A DNA stretch of 64,000 nucleotides from positions 1,697,355 to 1,761,354 of the forward strand of contig RDEW01000004.1 in assembly GCA_011109175.1 (NCBI GenBank), given 5' to 3'. Origin of the DNA: Dicyema japonicum. Its lineage: Eukaryota > Animalia > Dicyemida. Both the position numbers and the translations under genes were made by a program. The notes beneath the pieces were generated by a model. That model made no database searches. It saw only the letters and a list, made by a program, of their open reading frames with translations, and had not been told where the DNA came from. Below, in pieces: positions 50,581-63,409 of this stretch. Positions within the stretch are counted from its first letter, which is position 1, and each line of letters opens with the position of its first letter.

Positions 50581-52249
50581 CATGATTTTCTTTTGGTTCT
50601 TAGACCACTTCTCTGTCACTCAAACAGCCCTTTATGTGTAGCCAGATTTTCTTTTCATTAGCCAAAGACATGTAAGATCCCCATGAAACATATGCACAAG
50701 AAATGCACGACTCAATGTACTGAGAGTAAAATGTTTTTAGTATGTGATGGTTCCCGAATTTCACATAGCCCCGTTAAGCTTTTCATCAGGTTTATTTTTT
50801 TCTCACATTTGTTTAGCACATTTCCAACTTGCCGAAAGATACACATGCTTATAGTAGATCACTCCCAAAAAGGAAATGTAAATGGAAACATAAAATTTAA
50901 TCATTTTTTAAATAAGTTTTGATTATTTTTCGTTATTTTAATTTATATAATTTTATTGTTTTTATCAGGCGATTTATAATCTTAATTTGATTTTTCCGGC
51001 AAAAGAACCTAACCTGGAGCAAAAACATGCACACTTAATGTCCGCGCGTTCCATATGAATCCTTGAAGGCAACAAGGTACTTGAGCGAATACCGCGCGCT
51101 CCAGAAATGCTTCTCCCAAGAGTCGTCAGTTTTGAACTGGACCCTACAATATGGATTGGAAAAGTAGTTGAAGATCTCTTTGCTTTCCCATGAGATTAGT
51201 AGTGGCCGAATTATTTTTAGGTCTTTTGCGATTTCATTGATAATTTATGTCTAATGAAAATTTTCCGATTTCACTTGGAAAACCTTTCGTTTGGGAGGTG
51301 ACGTACGTCAGCTCATTTATGATTTGCAATTCTGATCATTCTGTCCTGATCAAATACCCACTCTGTCTATTAGAATTATTCAGTCCTCGATAATCGTTTC
51401 CTTTTCGTCTCAATACCTTCGAAATCTCCGGAGCAGCTGGAAGAATTGGTAAAGGAGTCATCAATGAATTCACAAACAACTCATGAACTAAAATAGTTCC
51501 CTCAACGCTTTCAGTCATCATGAGCGATTCAAAGGTTCCCTTGCATGTCGATCTCTTTCCAATGGACCCGTTCCCCACACTCCAAATCAAATATAGGAAT
51601 AGTCTTCCTGTAAATTTGAACTTTTTAAACTTATGGGAGCCAGAAAAATTTTTTTTTTAATTTTGAGTCCCCAGGAAGAAGTCGAGAAACACGGCCATAG
51701 ATCTTAATTTTTAAACTCATTTGACCAGTCCTTTACTTAAACAATTTCATTGGCACTCCCCCATTGAAACTGATGATCTATGATCTGTTTTTACATCGAC
51801 AAGACAAAGTAGTCCTCATGCACGTGTTAATTGGTACTGGCACATATTTATGTATTTCTAGAAGTCGTCTACATCGACCACTACCAATTAAAACGAAGGA
51901 TTTCTCCTTCAGATTCTATAAACGATACAAGAATAATCCAAACTGATCACTTGTGTTTGTAGCATATTTATCCCGGTCACCCAAGTGTAAGAAACCGATG
52001 GGTAACTAGACTCCACTTATTATATCTTTTTGGAGGTAGGATTTACACAACAAATATATATCATTGTAGCTGATCTCACTTCAAAAAATCTCTCAAAGGA
52101 AAATATGTTTTCTATGGCAGTCATGTCGAACAAGTGGTTCACGGCTATGCTTGCTGTCTCTTGGTTGCTGGTGTTTGTCTTCCGTTCCCCTGGATCTATT
52201 GAATGTGCTATATGTGGAGGTACACAGAACCCCTCTTCATGTTTTACAG

Positions 52250-53150
52250 TGTCATCTTGCAATTGAACGTAACGGGATCAGAAGTAAAGTTTTTGAGTTG
52301 CGTGCCTTACCGGCAAATTACAAAGTGGACACCGTGGTAATTAAGATACAAAGTTAACTAAATCAATTCCCACTCCATGTTTCCCAGGTTATATGGTAGC
52401 CCGCAGAGACCTGGACAGAGCCGCTGGGGGGACTTCCACTAATTGTTAGAATTGGATTGTCAATCACAGATATTTCCCACCTTGTTTCCGGATTGTACGA
52501 GGGCGACTGAACATTGGAGTAGGTCTCTATCAACTTCTCGCTTTCACATGCAGTACGGCCTATCTTCATGGATGTCTACATTCCGCCAAAAGGGTCATGT
52601 CCCCTGTCATACACTCCCAAGATATCGCGGCTACCAGAATTAAAGACTTTGTCATATGTAGTGATCTGAACAAGAAATATCCACAATAGCAAGCAAAATG
52701 CAACATGCAGACAGCCAGGCTACCATAAACATATTATTCTACTGTTCAAAGTCACACTTTTTATCGTCAAACAGTAAAATTCAAATTTTTTTGCGAAAGA
52801 AAACTTGGCGGTATTAAGTATGTGGATTCTCAGCTTTCCCTGAAAAGAATGACGGATATCACGATTGACAAAACACAAAATATAATTAGTATTACTATTC
52901 TCGAAGCGGATAAATATTCATCCCCCTGTCCTCTTATAAGTAAGTCCTCAACAATCAGGGTCAGATTAGGGGTTAAATAAGAAGTCATCAGATATGAGTT
53001 CAAAGGTCTTATATTACTCACAGGGTGACCATTCATGCAGTACTCCAAATATTCGCGGAACTTCATAATTTAACTTCAGCAGGACTTCGAAGAACGGTAC
53101 TCCCGAGTTTGAATTTGATGAGACGTGTTGAAACTGAAAATTACCAACAA
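52250..53150 (+). mobile_element. LINE APE endonuclease remnant
   Basis: Broken frames give ILQLN / NGIRSKVFELR, PGYMVARRDLDRAAGG, VYIPP and FVICSDLN, which are the APE motifs in the correct order. Confidence 0.7.
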
Positions 53151-53339
53151 AAATAAGGTCCAGCTGGCGTTTCCTAAATCCTAGATTTTAACAGTAAGTT
53201 CAATATTCGTCTTCACAAAATCCAAACGAGATGAGTGTAGCATTCTACAATAAACCCATGTAGAAGACTTGCAGTTTCGTGGAGACCACGAGGACGTTCT
53301 CAGGTTTCACCAGCATTTATGACACTCGGTCAACCCGAC

Positions 53340-53690
53340 AAATTAATTAACCTTGTACATTAATTAATCTATTCCGAGGATTTTTTTGTCTGTTCCACTC
53401 GCTGTTGAAACGTCTTTGGCTTATTAGCAGTGTTTGCTGCTGAACCCGCGTGCAACGATGACTTAAACAAATTCCCATTAGAGAAAATGTCCGTGCATGT
53501 TGAATCCCAAGCAAGAAACCTCCCTTGGCTCCAGGAATGGTTGTTGCGTCATCTAGTTTCTTGCCATAACCTCTTTCAGACAGAAGAATACCAGAAGGCA
53601 AGTAGACAAGGCATCTTCGATAGCTCTCATTACTGTCGAGTTTTTAAGGTGTTACAAGGGAATCCTCCGTAGCTCCGTCTGACTAACAGC
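53340..53690 (-). mobile_element. CRE-like RLE remnant
   Basis: SGILLSERGYGKKLDDATTIPGAKG resembles EPxGLxRxDGKRPDGxTxxPWxxG. Confidence 0.6.
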
Positions 53691-53784
53691 CAGTATAGTC
53701 CTTTCATGTCAGCCATCACACCAAATCGGTATTCCAAACAGAAGTAAAGGTCTAGCCGAAGAGGAACTTAATTAAATTATTAAA

Positions 53785-54120
53785 GTTTTCGCCACATGGC
53801 CCCATGTGGTGCTACGTGGCTAATTGGTTGAAGTTTACTCCTTTTTGTATGTTCCTCCTTTTCTCTTCCTACTAGAGTGGAAGAATGTGATCCACCTGTC
53901 TCAGGTAATGTCCAGTGCCAGGTTGGCACGAAAAAGGATCATTTGCTCCCCCATTCAATTGAAAATTCCCACAACTGCAAAAAATGGACGTATTTTACCT
54001 TTTATGCTGGTTCCGGATAGACTTGTGTGAGTTGAAGGAGTCTGTTTATGCAACAGTTAAAACTGGATTCACTTAACGAGTTGTTTACTGTTAATTTTTT
54101 TCTCGATTATTTATTTATTT
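53785..54120 (+). repeat. Full-length SINE (head + core + AT-rich tail)
   Basis: Head 'ccacatggccccatgtggtgctacgtggctaattggtt' (8-bp hairpin, A-box-like TGGCTAATTGG). Core 'ggcacgaaaaaggatcatttgctc...ttcccacaactgca'. Confidence 0.78.
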
Positions 54121-54124
54121 TTAT

Positions 54125-54360
54125 TTAACCCCAAGACCACCAGGAAAGATAGGTCAAAGCTAACTAATTAGGTGATCCCAGCCTCCAGCAACATCCGAAC
54201 TCTCTTCATTTGGTCTTCTGATGATCCAACCGCACTCCGGAAACGTCGGCGTCGTATCTTCCTTCTGCAAAGGAATTCAATCGGCGTGCACTTTTTTATT
54301 ACCGACTGAAATTCCTCTGCATTTTCTCGATGTTTCTGGGGTTAGTCAATTTATTAACCT
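54125..54360 (-). repeat. Family A tail copy, tail-to-tail with the SINE at 53785
   Basis: 'ccccaagaccacc...gctaactaattaggtgatcccagcc'. Confidence 0.65.
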
Positions 54361-54479
54361 TGTACAAAAAATATTTAAAATTTAAATTAATTATCTTTTA
54401 AAAATAGTGGATTAGTAATTTATATTAAAAAAGCGTCCATGTGGTGTTTTTGCATTGTTTTTCTATAAATGTACGCCAA

Positions 54480-55080
54480 TTTATGTTTGATGCTCTTCAA
54501 CATGTTCATCAGTGACCTACCATCCCCAACCACCAAAAACACTATTCTTCTATCATATGCGGATGATCTCATGGTCGCAGGAAACATCGAAGAATCGAGG
54601 AGGCGACACGATCCGTGCAAGACCTACTAAACCCGATGGGTCTTTGGTTCTGAAGAACCGTCTGAGTATATCACCAGGAAAGTCACATGTAATGACGTTT
54701 ACCTCAGCACGAAAAGAATTACGGGCAACACCACGAACAATATTGTATGACTCCCCGCTTCTCATTAAGAAAACCCTTTCAATCCTTAGACTTATCCTGG
54801 ATCCCCTACTCACATTTGCCCATCAAATGGATCTAATAACCGCGAGGATCCAAAAATTAGAATTCTAAAGGCGTTCACTCACCTTCCAGTATCTTCCCGT
54901 CAATCGTTAGAGTTTCTATACAAACAATTCGTTCTACTTAGTATCGAGTACACCTGTGCTGCATGGATTGCCCCCTTATCAATATCAAGCTGGAGGTTTT
55001 ACAAAATCGATGTCTCAGGATTCTATTGAGATCGTCGAAAAAGATGTCCACCTTGTTACTGCGGAGAACACTAAACGGCT
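54480..55080 (+). mobile_element. LINE RT/C-terminal remnant
   Basis: LFNMFISDLP...LSYADDLMV and FLYKQFVLLSIEYTCAAW. Confidence 0.75.
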
Positions 55081-55119
55081 TTCCAATCATGGGGTCTCTA
55101 TCAATAATTGAAATTTGAA

Positions 55120-55430
55120 ATTTATAAGACCACAGTTAAAGACAAAAACAAGAAATTTTGTGATCCCGGCGAATTTCAATAGAGCTCTCAGCTTGGCCCG
55201 CTGGTCTTCCCTCGATCCAACACAAACACGCAGTGGACTAGTTATCCTCTGGCATCGTTGAGTTTGGCCTCTTTTTCTTCTTACTATGTCTTCCAAGGGG
55301 GTAGGTGTAAAATTTAAATCGCCTTTGATCCAGTTTTCTATCACAGAAAACGCTATTTTTTGGGTTGTCGCAATTCTCTAGGCATTCGTCCAAGAAATTG
55401 AGGGGCTCCATGATGCACATGATATTTATG
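55120..55430 (-). mobile_element. LINE 3' end with family A tail
   Basis: 'taagaccacagttaaag...ttgtgatcccggcg...ttccctcgatccaacac'. Confidence 0.6.
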
Positions 55431-55499
55431 GCTCGACGTACTGACTATATAGTGATTTCAGAACGGGATGACTTCCGATCTTCCATAAACCAGAGATCC

Positions 55500-56300
55500 C
55501 CTTCAAGAGGTTAATTTACTTTTCACATTTGTTTAAAACATTACCCACGTAGCGCGAGAAAGTTATATGGGTGCCGAATACTACTCCCATGATTTTCTGC
55601 CATTTTTGGAATGTCAACTTGATCCATCTGCTTCTATGTCCACTGTCCTGTTGGATATTCTCTTATCAGAGGTAAGGATAGACGTAACCGACTTTTCCGG
55701 GCTGATCGACAAACTGTTTTCATTTTACCAATAGATTAAGGAGTCTATAAGTAATTGAAATCTCTCTTAGGCCACCTGGACGTCTTGGTCCCTGGATGCA
55801 ATAACAATATTATCTGCATAAGTCAGTAAAAAGTCATTTTCATGCTCCGGAGTCGGGATATCATTCAAGAAAAGGTTGGAGAGTATAGGGGGTAGAGGAG
55901 ATTCTTGGGGTATTCCATTTGGAATTAAACGGGAGCTTAACAGTAGGTTTCGTTGAATAAGGGTGTTTCGTAAGGGTGTTTCGTAACTATTGTATGGAAT
56001 GACATCTACTTAGCTCATGATTGGTGGAAGTCTGTCTTCCTTCTCGTAAGTATGAACGAGGTAACGGACTCGAGACTTTTGGAATCCAAAATTCCTAAGA
56101 AAGTATGGATTCACGTAGAATAGGACGATAGTTAATATTCCAATCACACGTGGTGTCTCCTAATGTTTATATGCCCGAGTCAATTCATAATGGGGTTGTG
56201 AAAATAAGTATAATGGATCGTCAAAGATGTAGACTTCACTACACTGAGCACGTGGTAGAAAATCGACATCAAATTGGATTATCTTCAGACGAGTGTATTA
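55500..56300 (-). mobile_element. LINE RT remnant
   Basis: NGIPQESPLPPILSNLFLNDIP...LLTYADNIVI. Confidence 0.75.
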
Positions 56301-56919
56301 GAAGTTAGTGCTGGGATCCACCTAACTTAAGAGGTGCTGATGGCGAAGGTCTTTTTAAAAAATCTTTGGCAGATATGTGGAGTCGTTTCAGATTAAAGAT
56401 CCGAAGAAGAACATGGAGCAAAGGTGAGATGACTACTTAAGGAGACCGGGATGATTATCTCCTAATTTGTCGGTGATTCTTGATTTTAAATAAATAAGAA
56501 CATTGCCTATATTATTTTTTAAATTTTGAATCTTTACATAATGAACTGAATATATCAAACCTCTTATCGAACTACTTAGATCAAAGATTAATAATTATTT
56601 TAAAATCAAACTTTTCACTCCTCAACATTCTATTTGAATCGTCACAGCTTCTTTATGGAATATATTATTTGCAAAGGGACAACTACCCCATTTGATGATG
56701 AGGTAGAGAAAGTTAATGACTCTTTTAGGTAATCACGTGGCACCACGCTAGCGTTGTTAGGATTTATGGATCGATCCTCTACTCACGTAATCTATGACCT
56801 GGAGCCTGGATCGATCCAGAAGTTGTCTTCTTAATCAATTTGATGTACAACTATATGATTATGCGATTCCAGGAGGCTGGGGTACATTTCAGAAATTGTA
56901 AAAAACTACTCAAATATAT

Positions 56920-59900
56920 AAACTTTAATTTCAAGAAACCCCAAAAAGGCTATGCGACCAACCTAGAAGTACTGCAATACTAGGAAGACGTGCGGTATAG
57001 CGAAAGCAAGCTTCACAACACACACCAAGTTACAAAAATAAGCATTATATCTTGCCACTTGTAAGGGAGTCGCAGATATAAAGCTGGAAAGAACGAATGC
57101 TACACTTTGATCTTAGCCAAAAGGCCTGGAAGCGACAAACGCTTTAACTTTAACAACTTTATTAGCAAAAAATTAAAGAGGGAGTTAGTTGGCCTCATGC
57201 CGCAAGTCCTGCAAACGCTTGGAATCTTCTCTGCACTCTCAGACCCCTTTTATCATTTATTCTGTGCTGCAACATACGAGTCAATGATGGCATCTCTTTT
57301 TAGAAAGTTTTCCATCCTTTTTCTCTGCATCTCTGATCGACATTACTAGCAAATTTTTATCTTCATCTAGCTTCTAGTCTAGACTTTTGTTTAGAGCAAT
57401 CTTTATCCCTGCTCTCCTCGATTTTTCAAAAAGCAAAATAAAACGCTCTTTGTATGCAGTGTAATACTATCCTTCCAGTCCATAGAGGAGTGATGGAATG
57501 ATCGTACGTGAAAAAATAAATAAAAACATATTCGTTTCGAGTCTCAATTTCCTCATACACAAAATCGCATGGTATGCTTTCTTCCTTTTGAAAATCGCAC
57601 AATATGCTCCCAGATTTCTCAAAAGCTGTTCCAAGATATTTCAAGGAGCTCACAATGTTGATTCCTCATATGGAGTTTTTCTGATTTCCTTTACCATTCC
57701 GACTCAAAAACATCATTGCACTAGATTTTTCTTCTGACAGTTTTAACCCATGAAGACCGCGCCAGTCTTTTATCTCTTCCATGTACACATTGAGTCTCCT
57801 CTCTGAGATCATGCTCGATCTCGACACATCAGACAGTAGCACGTCGTCTGCGTAAATCAGAGATCTCGTACTCGGTGTACACGGAGACGGGAAACCGGCC
57901 ATTAGAACATTAAACAATAGAGGGCTCAAAATTGATCCTTGTGGGACTCCTCCTCTCTTCAATAATATCATATTTGAAAAATAGCGTCCGCGTCTAACAT
58001 AGGAATTTTTATGTACACTTTCACCCAATTCACTAGTTCTTTAAACTCCCCGTCCGAGATAACTAATCGATTATGGCTCTGTTGTTATTACTGTCAAATA
58101 AATGCTTTTAATATGTCGAGACATATGATATTCAGAGACATTTGATTCTGTGGCTTTGCATAACTCGGAGTTGAGATGAAATAAGCAATCACCGCATGAC
58201 CGTCCTGGGCGAAAACCAAATTGATTATTTCTGAAGTAATCTTCTATTTCCAGCTGATTTTTAAGCCTCCAGAAGACAATTTTTCCATGATTTTTGAAAT
58301 TGACCGAATCAGGCTGATCTGACGGTAGCTAGCAGGATCATTCTTCGGTTTTCTTGTCTTTGCTACCATCCGTACAATAGTCTTATTCCATTCGTGTGGA
58401 ACATGACCAATTTTTATGCATGCGTTGAACATTTCTATAAAATTTCTGGGTATTCTTTGAAAACCCTAGCTTTGATAAAATCACTGCCCGGAACTTTATT
58501 CTTGACAGCTCTTATTGCTATCTTTAGCTCTTCTAGAGAGATCTCTATAAGCGCTGTTTTCTCGGACAATGGTTCGTAACGAGTTTTCTCCGCGATGACA
58601 TCATCGTCCACATCAAATATCTTTTTTAAGCTGTGTCTCAAAAACTAGAGGTATTTCTTCTTCAGCATAGTAGGTACCATCCGGTTTCTTGAGAGCAATC
58701 TTGTTTGCGATTGACTCTGGGTTTCTCACTCTTATACCTTCTAGAAAGAGGGATTGTGGTTGCTTAGCTTCCGTAGTTGAGAGTTCCACTTATTCTCATT
58801 CCAACTTTTGAATTGTTCCGACAACTACGTTTGTAGTTTTTTATGAGACATGACTAAGCGGTCTTGTGGGTCTACGCATTTCCTCAGTTTAGTTCTTAGA
58901 TTATTTCTTTTCAACACAATATTCTTGATGTGCCATGGAATAAGGACAACAGTATCGTTTCTTGAGTATATTTTTTTAGCAAAGTTATTCAGAAAGTAAT
59001 AATATCAGATCCGTGCCAATATCAGGAAGAGTAATTGGTACGTCGGCGTATTCTGAAATAGCAAGGGAAATCAAGAAGACACCAAGCTTGTCACCCCCGT
59101 AGGGAGAGAAATGGTTATCCTCCTTTGATGTAAAAACCTTTACCCCTAGGAGTCCAGATAGCTTCTTCAAGAGCTTGCCATCCCTGTTACTCTTCTTGCA
59201 GCCAAAGGATGTGCTCTTGGAGTTGAGATCACTTCCCAGTATGGCCATCGGGTTTTCACGAAGAACTGGGAGATATCTCCGGTACATTCGCCCAAGGATT
59301 TGGAGTACATACCGCCAATTGCGAGCCATCCGTCGACATAACGAACATCAATGGAGACAAACTCACAACAAATTGATGAAACAAATCTGGGATTCCTTGT
59401 CATTAAATGACACCGATAAAAATTGATGACCAGTCCTTGGAATAGCCCTTTCTTTCCAGTATAAAGATATCGATTCGAAACCCGAGAGTACTGTATTCTC
59501 ATTTGACTTCATCTTCGAATCGTTGACAATTATTATATCAGATTACTCGGCATTCGCCAGAGAAGCTAGCTCGTGATGCCTCCTCAAGTGGAGGCCTGAT
59601 CTCTTCAGGACCAGAGCCACCACTTGCAGTAAATCCAAGTTTATCTTATCACACTCTTCGTTTAGACGGTTAATCACATATGTAAGTTCTCTCGATTGTC
59701 TTTCAGATGCCCCTGAATAGATTCCCAGCAGGACTTTTTTAGCTTCTCCTCCAGGTATTCTTTATCCACAATTGGCTTTTTCTGTGTTGGATTCATAATA
59801 TCGTATTTTTGAGGTCGATTTTTGATTATTGCGTCCTGCTTGTTTTCACTTGACTTCGTATCTAGGTAATGTGGCAGAAAAGGATTTTCTCTTCTCCTCC

Positions 59901-60760
59901 ATGTTCCTAACCCATGACATTCGGTTCCTTTTCCTGTGGAGGCCACGGCTTCCCTGGCCACCGGACAACCACCATAATTCGTTCAGTGATAACCAGACCC
60001 GCAGTTGATACAGGATCTTCAATTGTTCGGTTCTGGGCACTCCGGGGAACTATGTGGTCCTCCACATAAAAAAACATCTCTTTGCCCATTGCAATATGTC
60101 CGAAATATTGACAATTAAAGCATCTTGGGGGTGGTCTTCTGGCCCACTCACAATCGATTTCCATCCATCCAATGACAAGACCCAGGCGTATCAAGCTTCT
60201 GCCCTTGACTTTAAGTTCATCTTCACAACAAGGAGTTTTCTTCCATTCCTTATAATACGTTTCACCGACTCAGTTGGAGCAATTTCTTTCATGTATGCCA
60301 TAAGTTCGTCTTCTTCAATCCATATTGGCACATTATTTAGAACAATTTTCGAAAGCCTCTCTTTGAGTTCGATCATCTTGTGGTTTCCCTTCCCGAAAGG
60401 AGAAAATAGATTAGTCTCTTCAATGAATGAGATTTTATCTGACTCTTCTTTAAACTCCAATCGGAAAATCCCGGGACCTTCTCCAGTTACTCTGGCGTTT
60501 TTCAGTGATTTCAATCAACATAACAGGTTTGCAAGTTTAATACTCCCCATGCTCTTGTCTATAACCGAAAGTTCAACTGTTAACCTCTGTCGACTCCACT
60601 CTGGTCGCTGATTTGGGTTTATCTTTCACAGTTAACGGTTCCAGAGACAGATCCTTAATGCTTTCAATACATTCTTCTTTAAAACCTCTCCAGAGGTGGC
60701 CTTTTTGATTTTAGTAATCCTCTTTGTAGGAGCTTTTTTAACGACAGCATAACCAACTAT
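56920..60760 (-). mobile_element. Nearly full-length APE-type LINE (Jockey/I/R1-like) with gag-like ORF1 and APE-RT ORF2, multiply disabled
   Basis: ORF1 pieces 60191-60514 and 59907-60194 with PPRCFNCQYFGH (CCHC). APE motifs LAIGGMY and GSDLNSKS...SNRDGKLL. RT motifs KNKVPGSD, PASYRQISL, GVPQGSILSPLLFN, IYADDV, KYLG. Confidence 0.88.
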
Positions 60761-60869
60761 TGATAATAGTATTCGAATTGCCTTTTTTACTATTTCTCTT
60801 TTATTATTTTAATTAATAATATTAATAAAATTTTTTCGATTATCCTTATCTTCGTGAAAACCAGGCGTT

Positions 60870-61010
60870 ATGTGATCAACATGTCTCATGTTAGGCCCAT
60901 TGGCATCTAATAAGGATCTCTCATTTATACTTCATGGAGGGTTTCCCACAACTCGGATGTGGAATGACTTTTTCTATAGAAAAGACGTTTTACTCCGATC
61001 TTAGGTGCTG
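60870..61010 (+). repeat. SINE core copy
   Basis: 'atgtgatcaacatgtctca...taaggatc...tggagggtttcccacaactc' matches 53885-53975. Confidence 0.65.
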
Positions 61011-61999
61011 AATTTTAATTGCTCCGCCCCACCAAATCAAATCGATGACGCCTGAGAACGTACTGTTTTGACTGTTACGTTCTCGTTAACCACCCGTTTC
61101 TATCACTTGAAGGGTCATGGTGTTAATAAATAAATTGATCGTTGAATAAAAACAGTGGACTAAATAACCTCCATCTCAAAAAATAAGCAGTGTGAAACTC
61201 ATGAACCCGTATTGAGTCTAATTTTAGAGTCCACTGAGAGTGAGGACTACTTCATAGAAAGTCAAGAGTGAGACTTAATTCCAGTAAATACCACCTTTGG
61301 TAGTATTAGTAGTAACCCTAGAAAACCTAAACCTACACTCGTAAGGTCTGAGCATTCTTATAGAGCTAACAAGGATACTTTGTATCAGAAGAGATCAAAA
61401 AAGGAGGATTGTCAGTATAAGGCTTTGGAGACTTTCTAACAAAACCACGTCAGGGGGATGCAAAGTTTTCAAGCGACCATAACCCGGTTTGTTGAAACTC
61501 AGATGACCTATCTGTGTGTCACGATGTTCTACAACGTTTAAGAACCTATTCGAAGGGGGACTGGCTTGGTGTTAGCGCGTTTGTGGACGACAGTTCACAT
61601 GGTCTCGCCGTTGAAAATTTTTCGATCGATAAGGCAGAGTATTGACTTCAGTTATTTTGAAAGCCGAGACTATCTTAGCACGTCCTGCCAGTTATCAAAA
61701 AACAAGATGCCTTAAAGAAAACCCGAATGCAATGTGAGGACTCTGTATCGTCTTTACGTTTCCATATTCAAGAATATCGCAGTTAGCTACAGACACAAGT
61801 GGAACCGTCTCGTTGGATCACTGCCAAAAAAGTTCGTGTGCCACCTTCTGGAAAACGTAAGAAGTATCAACAGTCTTATCAACGAGGATGGCAGCGGGGG
61901 ATCACTCAGTCCCCCACAATCTACTTAGAATCAAGCGAATAAATTATAAAGCACTACATTGCTATAAGGACAATCCAAAAACCACACCCCTATTACCTA

Positions 62000-62420
62000 T
62001 TTCACACCGGTTGAGGTCGATGATTCCGTACTTCACTACGGACAACTAGTGCCGGTGGACCCGATGAGTTATCACCGATTTACCTTAAACATCACGGAAC
62101 GCGGTATTTCAAGGTTTTTTCAAGGTCATTGAATACGCCTGCCATATGGAGTCCTATTCCAAACTCAATAAACGAAATTCAATCAAACTGAGAACTACAC
62201 GTTTGCATCCTACAATATTAAAACCCACTTCCCACTCTCCTTTCAGAGGAGTCCACGAGGAACCATGATCATAGATTCCAGAGTTTCGGCAAAGAACTTG
62301 GAAACCCATTGGGCCATTGCTCGAGCAGAGGAATATCGATCGGTCCCTACAGAAGGACACCCCGACGGTTGGGACATTGGAAGACTACGCAAGGATGATC
62401 ATGGAATTAATGGAAGATGG
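62000..62420 (+). mobile_element. LINE RT N-terminal remnant
   Basis: SAGGPDELSPIYLKHHG resembles KAxGPDGxxxxxLKHLG. Confidence 0.5.
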
Positions 62421-62822
62421 ATCACTTAATTAGTGTTTTAACATCTTTCTTGGCGTTCTCAAATAATAATTAATAGAAATTTAATCGTCTTCTATGGATC
62501 ATGTAATCGACAGTTTCTTGATCTGGAAACCCATTTGCATCACACGTGACTAAACGGTTAAAATTATTCATGGTAATGGAAAATCGTTTGCAACTACTCC
62601 ATCGAGCTTCCATGATTTCAATCGAGGTTGACGAACACCTCATCCTCTTACGCTGTTCTGTTTGATGTTCTGGAGCCCCGGGAAGAGAATTAGTTGTAAA
62701 AATGATTTTTATCAATTTCAAAATTCATAAATTTCGTTTTGTTAATTAATTTATATATTTGTATAAAAATACATTTTATTCATAATATAATTCTCTCAGA
62801 TCAACAAATTAATTATTCTAAC

Positions 62823-63409
62823 ATGAAAATAATAGGTCTTATGTGTCAGCTAAAATATAGGCATTTTATTCTTCTGTCTGGGTCTGGTTGTGTCCTTCGG
62901 AATATCCATTAGTTTGTACGCCACTGGTAAACTTTCTGAGTATTTTAAGGATTCAAGCTATCCGGCAGATGCCCCATGAATCCTGTGGTACCCAGGATTA
63001 CGATTTCAATAGGAATATTGGGCTTCGCGTTCGGGTTTGTTATTTTCTCCTCTTCATTTGACGCTATCTCTGCAAAAGGAAAAAACAAGACCAAATTTGT
63101 TGTTGGATGTGATATTGTCCTCTTCTTATTTTCCACTATTGCCTTTCTTATGTGCATTTCAAGTAAGCTTTCCTTCCATTTTAAGATGTGGTCTTGATCT
63201 CGAGACGACCAGTTGACCTTTTAAACGACAAATTCGCTTTGAGTAACGGTTACATCATTGACCCCAAATTTTGTGATTCCACCTCGTATTCCATCATATT
63301 TTATTTGTCTATCATACAATCTGCGCTATTGATTTCTTTCATTATTTACATCTCCGCGTGGTGTTGGTTCGACAGAAAACAATTCATGAGGCTAACCGTC
63401 AGAAGATGA
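62823..63409 (+). CDS. Four-TM membrane protein, TMEM272-like (171 aa, 4 exons)
   Basis: Exons 62823-62835, 62861-62926, 62950-63162 and 63186-63409. Introns of 25, 23 and 23 nt, all GT-AG and phase 1. The spliced frame is open: MKIIGILFFCLGLVVSFGISISLYATGFKLSGRCPMNPVVPRITISIGILG...MCISNVVLISRRP...DPKFCDSTSYSIIFYLSIIQSALL...LTVRR*. The CPxxPxxP and YCDxxxY-like motifs recall TMEM272. Confidence 0.82.

Noticed and set aside
52020-53070. TM-like and signal-peptide-like ORFs (52030-52266 +, 52830-53066 -) suggesting a GPCR, P-type ATPase or other host membrane gene
   Set aside because: Plus-strand fragments give APE endonuclease motifs in the correct order (ILQLN/NGIRSK, RRD..GG, VYIPP, ICSDLN), so this is a LINE remnant. 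The hydrophobic ORFs are off-frame or antisense artefacts.
54165-54200. 'tcccagcctcc..gcaaca' resembling the HDV ribozyme
   Set aside because: Only a short word match. The P1/P2 partner strands are absent and other copies of this tail do not conserve it.
54215-54245. CTGATGA...GAAAC hammerhead-like string
   Set aside because: Stem II cannot pair, and no stem I/III partners or NUH site were found. The same applies to CTGACGA strings at about 34350, 36570 and 51125.
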